Virus record (IMG/VR): IMGVR_UViG_3300045988_110070
Span: 1 to 35,349 of that record
From: a virus
Length of the DNA: 35,349 nucleotides
Direction: 5' to 3' (one strand)
In this document: one piece after another, positions 9,565 to 16,644 of the stretch
Numbering within the stretch: position 1 is the stretch's first letter
How the letters are laid out: the number at the start of each line of letters is the position of its first letter
Made by a program: the position numbers and the translations under genes
The notes under the pieces: generated by a model
Database searches by the model: none
What the model saw: only the letters and a program-made list of their open reading frames with translations
Told to the model about the DNA's origin: nothing

Positions 9565-10073
9565 GTGTCGTCGCTCTGCTGGAGGCTCATACTGGCCTCA
9601 TGCATGACCTTGACCTCCCTCCGTTCCCAGCCGAGCTGTTCGGCGCCGCCGTCGCCGCTGTGGCGTCGTGGGTGGGTTGGTTGTTCGCGAGGTCGGAGAG
9701 GACATCCGACCGGCGGGTTGAGGCTTTGGAGCGGATGGCTGACTCTCTGAATAAGCGGGTGGAGATGTTGGAGCGGTCCAGGGATGCAGCTGAGGCGGAG
9801 CGCGACCTTGCGGAGAAGGACGCGCACCGCCTCAGGGTGCAGGTGTTCAAGTTGGAGGAGTATGCGGCCGCGTTGATCCAGTGGGGGGTTTCGCTGATCC
9901 GGATGATCGCCCCGCAGGCGCGGCCGCCGGCGCCGCCGTCACCTCCAGCCGGTTTCGAGGATGTGGGCGACCTGTGTGGCGGCAGCATGCCGGCCGGTTC
10001 CTTTCCAGTGGACGCCCCCGCCGGTCACATACCAGGTGATGCCGCGCCTGGTGAGGGTCACCCTGGTTCCTGA
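9561..10073 (+). CDS. Membrane-anchored coiled-coil protein (one predicted TM, then a coiled coil and a Pro-rich tail)
   Basis: GTG 9561 forms a GTGA overlap with the hydrolase stop. TM-like segment AELFGAAVAAVASWVGWLFA. Coiled-coil segment RRVEALERMADSLNKRVEMLERSRDAAEAERDLAEKDAHRLRVQVFKLEE. The last 135 nt overlap a convergent gene. Confidence 0.5.
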   Translation: MSVVALLEAHTGLMHDLDLPPFPAELFGAAVAAVASWVGWLFARSERTSDRRVEALERMADSLNKRVEMLERSRDAAEAERDLAEKDAHRLRVQVFKLEEYAAALIQWGVSLIRMIAPQARPPAPPSPPAGFEDVGDLCGGSMPAGSFPVDAPAGHIPGDAAPGEGHPGS

Positions 10074-10196
10074 CGGGCGTCGGCCTCTGCGGATGACAGC
10101 TTCGCGGGGGCCGGCCGCTACCTTCAGCTCGGTCCGATCGAGGCCGCACGCGTCGAGGATGGTGAGGGCCTCTGAGATGACTCCTGCGGGGGTCAT
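9939..10196 (-). CDS. Hypothetical protein (last gene of the leftward operon)
   Basis: 85-aa ORF whose ATG lies 1 nt after the upstream gene stop (tight coupling). No motif recognised. Confidence 0.55.
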   Translation of the reverse strand: MTPAGVISEALTILDACGLDRTELKVAAGPREAVIRRGRRPSGTRVTLTRRGITWYVTGGGVHWKGTGRHAAATQVAHILETGWR

Positions 10197-10197
10197 G

Positions 10198-10365
10198 TCA
10201 GTTCACCCCCAGCCACTGCCAGAGACCCCAGATGGCGAGGGCGGATCCGAGAGTGATGAGGCCGGTGGCGAGCCCGGCGATGGCGTAGGCGATGCCGGCG
10301 AAGATGAGTTGGCCGGCCCGGTTGAGCTTACGGTCGATGCCGGCGGTGGGGGCTGCGTGACGCAT
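10198..10365 (-). CDS. Small membrane protein (55 aa; below the ORF-track size cut-off)
   Basis: Hand translation: MRHAAPTAGIDRKLNRAGQLIFAGIAYAIAGLATGLITLGSALAIWGLWQWLGVN. RBS GAAAGGAA 5 nt upstream. Fills the gap between two genes exactly. Confidence 0.6.
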   Translation of the reverse strand: MRHAAPTAGIDRKLNRAGQLIFAGIAYAIAGLATGLITLGSALAIWGLWQWLGVN

Positions 10366-10376
10366 TTCGGTTCCTT

Positions 10377-10601
10377 TCAGGCGGTGCGGACGATGACGAT
10401 GGAGCCGGCGGGTGCGGTGGTGTAGGAGCCTTTCTGGGCGCCTGCTTGGCCGCCGCGGAGGGTGAGGGTCCGGTAGGCGGGCCGGCCGGGGGTCGGGCTG
10501 TTGGCTTCGACCCTCCAGGTGGCTCCTTCTCGGATGATGAGCGACCCGACGGAGATGTTCTCGATGGGGGTGGGCTTGGTCGGCTGGTGGGGGTACATCA
10601 T
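10377..10601 (-). CDS. Hypothetical protein
   Basis: 74-aa ORF with RBS AAAGGAAC upstream of ATGATG. Confidence 0.6.
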   Translation of the reverse strand: MMYPHQPTKPTPIENISVGSLIIREGATWRVEANSPTPGRPAYRTLTLRGGQAGAQKGSYTTAPAGSIVIVRTA

Positions 10602-10646
10602 TCGGTGTTCCTTTTCTGAGGTCGTAGGAGGCCTTCTGGCGGCCTG

Positions 10647-10865
10647 TCAGTGGGGGTCCTGGGTGATTGCCCGGGCGGCGCTCTTGAGGGCGTCGTAGAG
10701 GCTCTCAAGGGTGCTCTCGGGTCCGTAGGGGGTGCGGGTCGGCTGCCCGCCGCGGGGGCGGAGGCTGACCCAGCCGTCCTTGACGGTGACCTTGGTGCCG
10801 GCGGGAAGCTCGGCGTCGGCGATGACCTTCCAGGCGGCGATGCGGGCGATGGTTGCGGCGTTCAT
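10647..10865 (-). CDS. Hypothetical protein (72 aa)
   Basis: Start moved to the internal ATG 10865, preceded by AAAGGAG. The longer ORF-track start (10901) would run through a 12-bp GC hairpin. Confidence 0.55.
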   Translation of the reverse strand: MNAATIARIAAWKVIADAELPAGTKVTVKDGWVSLRPRGGQPTRTPYGPESTLESLYDALKSAARAITQDPH

Positions 10866-10882
10866 GGGGGGGCTCCTTTGGT

Positions 10883-10912
10883 GGCTCCGGGGGGCATCCA
10901 CCCCCCGGAGCC
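10883..10912 (-). terminator. Strong intercistronic GC hairpin (terminator, processing or attenuator-like)
   Basis: Perfect 12-bp arms GGCTCCGGGGGG and CCCCCCGGAGCC with a 6-nt loop. Lies between the stop at 10922 and the RBS of the next gene. No U-tract on the minus strand. Confidence 0.4.
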
Positions 10913-10921
10913 TTTGGGTGG

Positions 10922-11164
10922 TCAGAGGGTGTTGAGGGCGTCCGTGTCGAGGCGGCCCATGACGGTCAGCCAGTCACAGAGGTCGTCGTAGAGGTCGCTG
11001 TTGGGGGAGCCGTCGTAGGGAAGGCCCCACTGGTCGACGTCCTGGAAGACCTTCTGGTCGCCGAGGGTGAGGGTCCACCGGGTGAGGTTGTTGCCGGCCG
11101 CGTCGGTGCGGTGGGCGGCGTCCAGCTGGGCGCTCTGCATGGGGTGGGTGGTGTTGGCGGTCAT
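10922..11164 (-). CDS. Hypothetical protein
   Basis: 80-aa ORF with RBS GAAAGGAAA upstream of ATG 11164. Confidence 0.6.
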   Translation of the reverse strand: MTANTTHPMQSAQLDAAHRTDAAGNNLTRWTLTLGDQKVFQDVDQWGLPYDGSPNSDLYDDLCDWLTVMGRLDTDALNTL

Positions 11165-11411
11165 GTCCGTTTCCTTTCTGGTTGGTTGACTGATCGGACG
11201 CGGGCGACGTTCCCATTGAGCGGACTGGCTGTCAACCCGCCCTGGGTGTGACTTCAGCCATAGGATGGGGTGGTGTTGAAAAGACAGGGGATCCCACCCC
11301 GAGTGCCGAGACGGCGGAGGGGGAAGGGTCGGCCTGTGGGACGTCGCGGGGCCACATGCCGAGAAAGCGGCAACCCGTCAGACGATTAACGACACTCGGC
11401 CGTCATGGATG

Positions 11412-12566
11412 TCAGGACCAGAGGCGCCAACCGGACGAGGTGCCTCCCCCCAGTTCGAACGTCAGCAAGGACGGCGCGGACGAGTCACCGGAAGCGTTCT
11501 GGAACCAGCTGGACCCCGGGTCGACGGTCGGAGCGCAGATGATTTGCCGGCTGTCCCCGACGGTCTGCACTGAGAAGGAGTGCCAGTGACCATGAAGCAA
11601 CACGCGGGCATCCTGCATCCCGGCGACACAGCCGAACGCCTGCCCCCGGAACCAATCTGCGACCCGGTTCTTCGCCCCGGCAGCGTGCCCGTGGGTGACG
11701 CCCATGACTGTCCCGTCGGCGGCGCGCACGGTCAGTGACTCCAGCCGCTGCTCTGGCTTCTCGAACCGGACGTGCTCGTAGCCGGGGCGGCCGGCGATGA
11801 TCTGCTGGATGTTGTCGGCGATCAGTAGCCCGTAGTCGTCCCCGGGGAACGACGCCCTGTTGCTGCGCCCGATCCCTGTGCGGACCTGGCAGTGGTTCGA
11901 CGGGACCGCCACGTAGGTGACCTCAGGGGCGGCTGGTACCAGAGCCCGGAGCGTGTCGGCGAGCAGCGCCTGCGCCGTCCTGATCTGGTAGGTGAGCGGC
12001 ATGTCGTTGGTCTGCGCCTGGGCGACCGTGTTGTTGAACCCTTCGGTGGAGTCGCCGCAGTCCACGAGGATGACCCTCCGGTACCGGCCGGCCGCGTGGG
12101 CGGCGATTCGGGCGCCGGCGGCGCGGACCCGACGGACGGTTTCCTCGGTGCCGCCTCCCTGGTCGGTCTTCCCGATCTGCAGGTCGGACACCACGACCAC
12201 GACCGTCGACTGGGACTTCACGTCGGGGGCCGGCGGGACGGGCTCCGCGAAGATCGGAGCCAGGTCCTCGAACCGCTTCGCCTGCACCTCGCCGCGCTCG
12301 ATAACGCCCGGCTTGTACGTGATTTTCTCGTAGGACCCGTCGGCCAGTCGCACTGTCTTCCCGCGGGCTGTGATGGCTTCGACGGGCACGCCGAAGTAGG
12401 CGTCCACGCCGCCGCGGCTCATCTCGCTGCGACGTTTCAGGGCTTTCCTGTGCCGTCTGACGGCGGCCTCGGAGGTGCCGAACTCGTCGGCGATGGCTTG
12501 GTTGGTGCGCCGCTGGTGCTGCGGCAAAGCGTCGTTTTCGAGGATTGCTTCGTCCAGGGGTGTCAC
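11412..12566 (-). CDS. Metallophosphoesterase (calcineurin/Mre11-like fold) with an N-terminal HTH-like segment
   Basis: Start chosen at GTG 12566 (GTGA overlap with the nrdH-like stop). Motifs in order: VVVVSDLQIG, VDCGDSTEG, AVPSNHC, GVTHGH, LLHGHWH. The N-terminal segment NQAIADEFGTSEAAVRRHRKALKRR looks like an HTH. Confidence 0.75.
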   Translation of the reverse strand: MTPLDEAILENDALPQHQRRTNQAIADEFGTSEAAVRRHRKALKRRSEMSRGGVDAYFGVPVEAITARGKTVRLADGSYEKITYKPGVIERGEVQAKRFEDLAPIFAEPVPPAPDVKSQSTVVVVVSDLQIGKTDQGGGTEETVRRVRAAGARIAAHAAGRYRRVILVDCGDSTEGFNNTVAQAQTNDMPLTYQIRTAQALLADTLRALVPAAPEVTYVAVPSNHCQVRTGIGRSNRASFPGDDYGLLIADNIQQIIAGRPGYEHVRFEKPEQRLESLTVRAADGTVMGVTHGHAAGAKNRVADWFRGQAFGCVAGMQDARVLLHGHWHSFSVQTVGDSRQIICAPTVDPGSSWFQNASGDSSAPSLLTFELGGGTSSGWRLWS

Positions 12567-12841
12567 TTGCTGGCCTCTTCCTTGTAGTTGTTCACCCATT
12601 GGCGGAGCTTGAACATGTTGAACCCGGCCCAATGGGCGACCGTGTCACCGGTGCGCTTGTCGACCACGTAGCAGACGGGGGCGGCCGTGTAGTTGTTGGC
12701 GCCGGCGATCGCCTGCGCGGTGTCGTCGTTCTTGTACTTCGTTTCCAGGTACGGCGTGTTGTTCTTGGTCAGGTACCGCTTCGAGGAGCGGCACTGCTGG
12801 CAGGACGGCTGGGATGCGATCATGATCTCGAATGAAGCCAT
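12563..12841 (-). CDS. nrdH: NrdH-like glutaredoxin/thioredoxin-fold protein
   Basis: 92 aa with a CQQC redox motif near the N-terminus (IASQPSCQQCRSSKRYL). Size and layout are typical of phage NrdH-like redoxins. Confidence 0.7.
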   Translation of the reverse strand: MASFEIMIASQPSCQQCRSSKRYLTKNNTPYLETKYKNDDTAQAIAGANNYTAAPVCYVVDKRTGDTVAHWAGFNMFKLRQWVNNYKEEASK

Positions 12842-12885
12842 TGGTTTATGCCTTTCGTTTTATGAGGGTCTACGTGTAGTGAGGC

Positions 12886-12919
12886 GGGTGGGGGTACTCC
12901 CGGCGGTTTCCCCCCACCC
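12886..12919 (-). terminator. Stem-loop downstream of ssb (I-shaped terminator-like)
   Basis: 9-bp arms GGGTGGGGG and CCCCCACCC with a 16-nt loop, in the 88-bp gap between the ssb stop (12930) and the nrdH start (12841). Confidence 0.4.
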
Positions 12920-12929
12920 GTAGTGCCCG

Positions 12930-13328
12930 TCAGAACGGGGAGGTGAACGTGTTGGACGTGGTCGGTGCGAGCGCCTGCGCGCCGCCGGCCTTGTCGGACT
13001 TCTTGATGTAGCCGAGCAGCTTCGGGAACCGGACCTCCAGGGAGACGCCGGACTTGCTGCCGGACTCCCAGTTGCGGCGGACGAGCGCGCCGGTCACGGA
13101 CACCTGGTCGCCCTTGCGGAGAATGTCGCCGAGGTAGTTCTCCCGGTCGCCGAAGAACGTGACGTCGATGTACAGCGGGTCGCCGTCGTCTTCCCATTGC
13201 TTCGTGTTCCGGTTCTGGGTTCGTCTGGTGGCGGCCAGGGCGAGCTTCAGCATGGGAGTGCCGGTCTGCGCGTACCTGAGCTCCGGGTCTCTGGTGAGCG
13301 TCCCCGTGACGGTGATCTCAGCGGCCAT
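12930..13328 (-). CDS. ssb: Single-stranded DNA-binding protein
   Basis: 132 aa. OB-fold-like N-terminus (ITVTGTLTRDPELRYAQTGTPMLKLALA...YIDVTFFGDRENYLGDILRKGDQVSVTGALVRRNWE). Flexible tail ending in PF. RBS GGAAGGAA. Confidence 0.8.
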   Translation of the reverse strand: MAAEITVTGTLTRDPELRYAQTGTPMLKLALAATRRTQNRNTKQWEDDGDPLYIDVTFFGDRENYLGDILRKGDQVSVTGALVRRNWESGSKSGVSLEVRFPKLLGYIKKSDKAGGAQALAPTTSNTFTSPF

Positions 13329-13698
13329 TGGTGTTCCTTCCGTTGAACAGGTTGATGATGGTGACGAAGTCGGTGACGGTCATGGTCACCCACTGGTCTT
13401 CGGGTTTGCCGTTGCCGTGTCTTTTGTGGATGACAACGCCGGCGGCGCCTCCGATGTTGCCGGTTTCGGCGTGTGCTTCCCGCGTCCACTTCGGCAGGTC
13501 CATCCGGGTGGTGTTCTTGCATTCGATGGCGATGCGTTTGCCGGCGAGGTGGACTCCGGCGATGTCTCCGGAGTCGTGCGCCCCGGTCTTGACTTGCCGG
13601 TCGACGTGGAGGCCGTACAGCCGGTCGTCGAGGTGGTCCGCGATGAGCCGTTCGAACCGGGTGCCGGCGGCTTTCGCGGATTTCAGGTTGCGTCCCAT
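13318..13698 (-). CDS. PD-(D/E)XK nuclease, probable Holliday junction resolvase
   Basis: 126 aa. GDIAGV ... IAIECKN matches the D...E-x-K core. RBS GAGGAG. Sits next to SSB and RecT. Confidence 0.6.
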   Translation of the reverse strand: MGRNLKSAKAAGTRFERLIADHLDDRLYGLHVDRQVKTGAHDSGDIAGVHLAGKRIAIECKNTTRMDLPKWTREAHAETGNIGGAAGVVIHKRHGNGKPEDQWVTMTVTDFVTIINLFNGRNTNGR

Positions 13699-14063
13699 GC
13701 TTCGAGCAGCTCCTCTTCGACTTGGTTGTAGACGGCGTCCAGCTGGTCCTGCAGGTATTCGCGCATCTCGGTGGTGTCCTCTTGCCGGGCGGCGAGGTAG
13801 GCCCCCGTGTCGGCGAAGTGCTTCTGCAGGGCGTCGAGGCCGGCGCCCGGCCCGGGGCCGCAGGCGGCGATGTTGTCGATGTACCTGCGCGCGTACCAGC
13901 GGGCTTTCGCCATGTCCTCCTCGTACGAGCTGCCGGCCTTGGCGCCGGCGCGGAGCGCGTACTTCAGGATGTTGCCGATCAGGAAGGTCTTCCTCTCAGT
14001 CAGGTCGATGACTTCGACGGGCCACCGCGTGTAGTGGGCGGGGTGATTGACGTTGTCGTTCAT
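13683..14063 (-). CDS. DUF3310 (SaV-like) family protein
   Basis: N-terminal NHPAHY, then GNILKYALRAG and KARWYARRY. This order matches the DUF3310 signature as I recall it. Confidence 0.65.
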   Translation of the reverse strand: MNDNVNHPAHYTRWPVEVIDLTERKTFLIGNILKYALRAGAKAGSSYEEDMAKARWYARRYIDNIAACGPGPGAGLDALQKHFADTGAYLAARQEDTTEMREYLQDQLDAVYNQVEEELLEAWDAT

Positions 14064-14305
14064 GAGATCACCACCACGGCTTCGCCGTCGGGGGAGACGT
14101 GGAACAGGTCCCAGTCGTCGGGTACGGGCTCCCGCTCGGCGCGCAAGACGAACGGGACGGTCGTTTGCTCGTAGTCGGCGTCCGCCGCGGTGACGGTGAC
14201 GATGGGAATGTCCCCGTACCGGGAAGCGATCTTCCGCAGTTCGCGCATGAGGGCGTCGACAGTGAGGTGGGGTGTGGCGTCCATCTTCTCCTCCTTGTTG
14301 TTCAT
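14060..14305 (-). CDS. Hypothetical protein, paralog of the C-terminal extension of the upstream dUTPase
   Basis: 81 aa with ATGA overlaps at both ends. LTVDALMRELRKIASRYGDIPIV...AVVVIS aligns with LTVGRLMRQLQDTASRYGSDTPV...MAVIS in the 14302..14979 product. Confidence 0.65.
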   Translation of the reverse strand: MNNKEEKMDATPHLTVDALMRELRKIASRYGDIPIVTVTAADADYEQTTVPFVLRAEREPVPDDWDLFHVSPDGEAVVVIS

Positions 14306-14979
14306 GAGATCACCGCCATGGGAGTGCCGTTGCCGGCCGCCTGGTACTGGTCCCAGACGCCACGACGGCCGGTCTTGATGACGTTGATAACGGACAGGGA
14401 GTCTCCCCGCTCGTAGCCGATACCTCCGTCGGCGATAACGGCGACGGGCGTGTCGCTGCCGTACCGGGAGGCCGTGTCCTGCAGCTGCCGCATGAGCCGC
14501 CCGACGGTGAGGTTGTTGACGGCCTCCCCGCCGCCGTAGTCGCGGACCACGGCGGCGGGGCCGGTGGACCCGAATCCGCCCGCGCCGCGATCCGTGTTGT
14601 CGTCCACGACGCCGATCTCCGTGTCGACGTGCGGCAGCGGCAGGATGATCAGCTGGCAGATCCGCTCTCCGACGGGAACGAGGACCGGGTCGGCCAGGGT
14701 GGCGACCGCGACCTTCAGGTCGCCGCGGTACCCGGAGTCGATGATTCCCACACCATGGGGGATCGTCAGGCCTTTCGACCCGGCGGAGGACCGGAGGGTC
14801 AGCTGCCCGTAGTAGCCGTCGGGGATGGCGACCCGCACGCCCAGGTCGATCAAGTACACGGCGTCTCTGCGCACCAGGCAGCCCTGTCCTTCGGGGACGT
14901 GCAGGTCCAGGCCGGCGTCCGTGTCGTGCGCCCGGGTCGGGTCCTGCACGTTCATCGTTTTCTGGACGGTGATCTTCAT
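14302..14979 (-). CDS. dut: dUTPase fused to an approximately 85-aa C-terminal domain
   Basis: Start at ATG 14979 (RBS GAAAGGAAC; ATGA overlap with the upstream stop). dUTPase motifs AGLDL, GVGIIDSGYRG and RGAGGFGSTG. The frame continues about 85 aa beyond GFGSTG, where dUTPases normally end. Confidence 0.8.
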   Translation of the reverse strand: MKITVQKTMNVQDPTRAHDTDAGLDLHVPEGQGCLVRRDAVYLIDLGVRVAIPDGYYGQLTLRSSAGSKGLTIPHGVGIIDSGYRGDLKVAVATLADPVLVPVGERICQLIILPLPHVDTEIGVVDDNTDRGAGGFGSTGPAAVVRDYGGGEAVNNLTVGRLMRQLQDTASRYGSDTPVAVIADGGIGYERGDSLSVINVIKTGRRGVWDQYQAAGNGTPMAVIS

Positions 14980-15344
14980 GAGTGTTCCTTTCTGTTCCAC
15001 GGGGACCGGTCCCGGCCCCTCGTCAGGTCGTGCGGTTCCGCGTGGTAGCTGTCGATGTCGTCCTCGTCCCATGCTAGTGGGGAGTGCGCTCCGGCGTCGA
15101 CCGCGGTCTTGTGGGCGACCTGCGACGCGTAGTTCACGGGGGCCGGGTTGCATTGGTCGCGGGCCCAGGCGCATGCGATGAGGAGCCTGTCCTCTTCGGG
15201 CACGTACTCGCCCGCCCGGCCTTTCCGGATCGACTTCAGTTTCACGCCGGCCATGTCCGCGATCCGCTGCTCGGAGTGGCCGATCCACATGAGTGACAGG
15301 ATCCGCCGTTGCACGCCGATGGGGGTGACGGTCCGAAGTTTCAC
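14976..15344 (-). CDS. Helix-turn-helix DNA-binding protein
   Basis: Start at GTG 15344 (GTGA overlap with the recT stop). 122 aa. The segment ILSLMWIGHSEQRIADMAGVKLKSIRK is HTH-like. Confidence 0.55.
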   Translation of the reverse strand: MKLRTVTPIGVQRRILSLMWIGHSEQRIADMAGVKLKSIRKGRAGEYVPEEDRLLIACAWARDQCNPAPVNYASQVAHKTAVDAGAHSPLAWDEDDIDSYHAEPHDLTRGRDRSPWNRKEHS

Positions 15345-16039
15345 TGCTCCTCCTGCGGTTCCGGGTTGATGCCGGCCGCCCACTTGTCGATGACGGCGGA
15401 CAGGGAGTCCGGGTCGTCCATGGTCGCGCCGGCCGCCTGCGCCTGCTGCCACACCTCGTTGGCGTCCCGGCCGGTCTCGTGGCAGTAGTCCATGAGGATG
15501 GTGCGGGTCATGTCCCGCTGCGTGCGGTCCGACGGCTGCTGCGCGGGCTTCTGCGGGACGTTCTGCGGCGGCGCGGACTCCAGCTCCTCGGGCGTGTACA
15601 CGGTGCCTGCGAGGGCGTCTGACGCGCCCTGGCGGCACACCTCGGTGATGGCGCGGGCGCGGAGCATCTGCCTCGGGTACTGCTGCCAGGGGCCGCGGCT
15701 GCCCCACAGGCCGGCGGCCTGCGCCTTGCTCTTGTCCCAGGTGACAGTGAACTCGTAGTCGGGGTCGTCGGCGCGGATCAGTGTCGCAGTCACGGAGTCG
15801 CCGTCCTCGCGGAGACGCAGCTTGTGGCCGGCCCGCCTGACGACGGCGCCCATCAGGTCCGCGGACATCGTCATCTTGCCGCGGGCCACGACCATTGACT
15901 GCATCACCTGCGTGTACGGGACGCCCAGGGCGTCACCGATGTCCATGGCCCACACGATGTCGGCGGGCTTGCCCCGGTATTCGGCGGGGATCAGCGAGGA
16001 CTGAGCGACGATCTTCGCGTGCTCGATGCGGTCTGTCAT
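15341..16039 (-). CDS. recT: RecT-family single-strand annealing protein
   Basis: Start at ATG 16039 (RBS GGAAGGAA). 232 aa. AQSSLIPAEYRGKPADIVWAMDIGDALGVPYTQVMQSMVVARGKMTMSADLM resembles the RecT core. The acidic C-tail ends in PEPQEEQ. Confidence 0.7.
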   Translation of the reverse strand: MTDRIEHAKIVAQSSLIPAEYRGKPADIVWAMDIGDALGVPYTQVMQSMVVARGKMTMSADLMGAVVRRAGHKLRLREDGDSVTATLIRADDPDYEFTVTWDKSKAQAAGLWGSRGPWQQYPRQMLRARAITEVCRQGASDALAGTVYTPEELESAPPQNVPQKPAQQPSDRTQRDMTRTILMDYCHETGRDANEVWQQAQAAGATMDDPDSLSAVIDKWAAGINPEPQEEQ

Positions 16040-16338
16040 CGGAGTGTTCCTTCCATCATTGTGCCGAGGAGTTGGTTGGCCACGTCCGCGGGGTGCGCGT
16101 CGCATTGGTACGGCATGTCCACGGTTGATCGGCCGGCGCGCATGGTGACTCCGGCCCGGCCGACATGGACGGTCATGAGGTCTTGGTCGCCCCAGTAAAT
16201 GCGCAGGGTCGCGGCTTCGCTTTCCACCATGGGCTCTTCGATGAGGTGGTCGGGTCCGGGATGGTCGCGGAGGCAGACGTCGGCGATGACCCGGGCCATG
16301 GCGATCCGGTCCGCGACGCCGGCGTAGCGGCCGATCAT
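16036..16338 (-). CDS. Hypothetical protein (member of a tandem paralog set)
   Basis: ATG 16338 forms an ATGA overlap with the upstream stop, and its own stop overlaps the recT ATG. 100 aa. Confidence 0.6.
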   Translation of the reverse strand: MIGRYAGVADRIAMARVIADVCLRDHPGPDHLIEEPMVESEAATLRIYWGDQDLMTVHVGRAGVTMRAGRSTVDMPYQCDAHPADVANQLLGTMMEGTLR

Positions 16339-16619
16339 GCCCACTCCTCACGGGCGTCGTTGAGAGCCCGGCGGATCGCGTTGCAGATGGCGTCCTTCGT
16401 GCCGTTCGGGTCGCAGGCGTAGCGGCGGCCGGCCGCGTCGAGGGTGTACAGGCCGTTCTCGTCCAGCGCGGCGACCGCGTTGCCGCGCTCGGTGCGGGCC
16501 TCGATGTACGGGGATCCGTGGGTGGTGCGCCGGAAGGCGGCGTACTCGCCGTAGCCGAGGTGGCGGCGGATCGCCTCGAGGAGCGGCATGAGCAGGCGGG
16601 CCTGGAGTAGAGGTGACAT
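16335..16619 (-). CDS. Hypothetical protein (member of a tandem paralog set)
   Basis: 94 aa with RBS GAAAGGAAC upstream of ATG 16619. Confidence 0.65.
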   Translation of the reverse strand: MSPLLQARLLMPLLEAIRRHLGYGEYAAFRRTTHGSPYIEARTERGNAVAALDENGLYTLDAAGRRYACDPNGTKDAICNAIRRALNDAREEWA

Positions 16620-16644
16620 TGGCGGTTCCTTTCAGTCGGTCGGT

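Noticed and set aside
11230-11235. Perfect TTGACA on the minus strand in the 247-bp gap.
   Set aside because: No acceptable TANNNT lies 16-19 nt downstream (GAACGT or AACGTC), so no promoter is called.
11248-11589. 113-aa plus-strand ORF in and beside the 247-bp gap.
   Set aside because: It lies opposite to the operon direction, has no RBS, and overlaps the metallophosphoesterase gene antisense.
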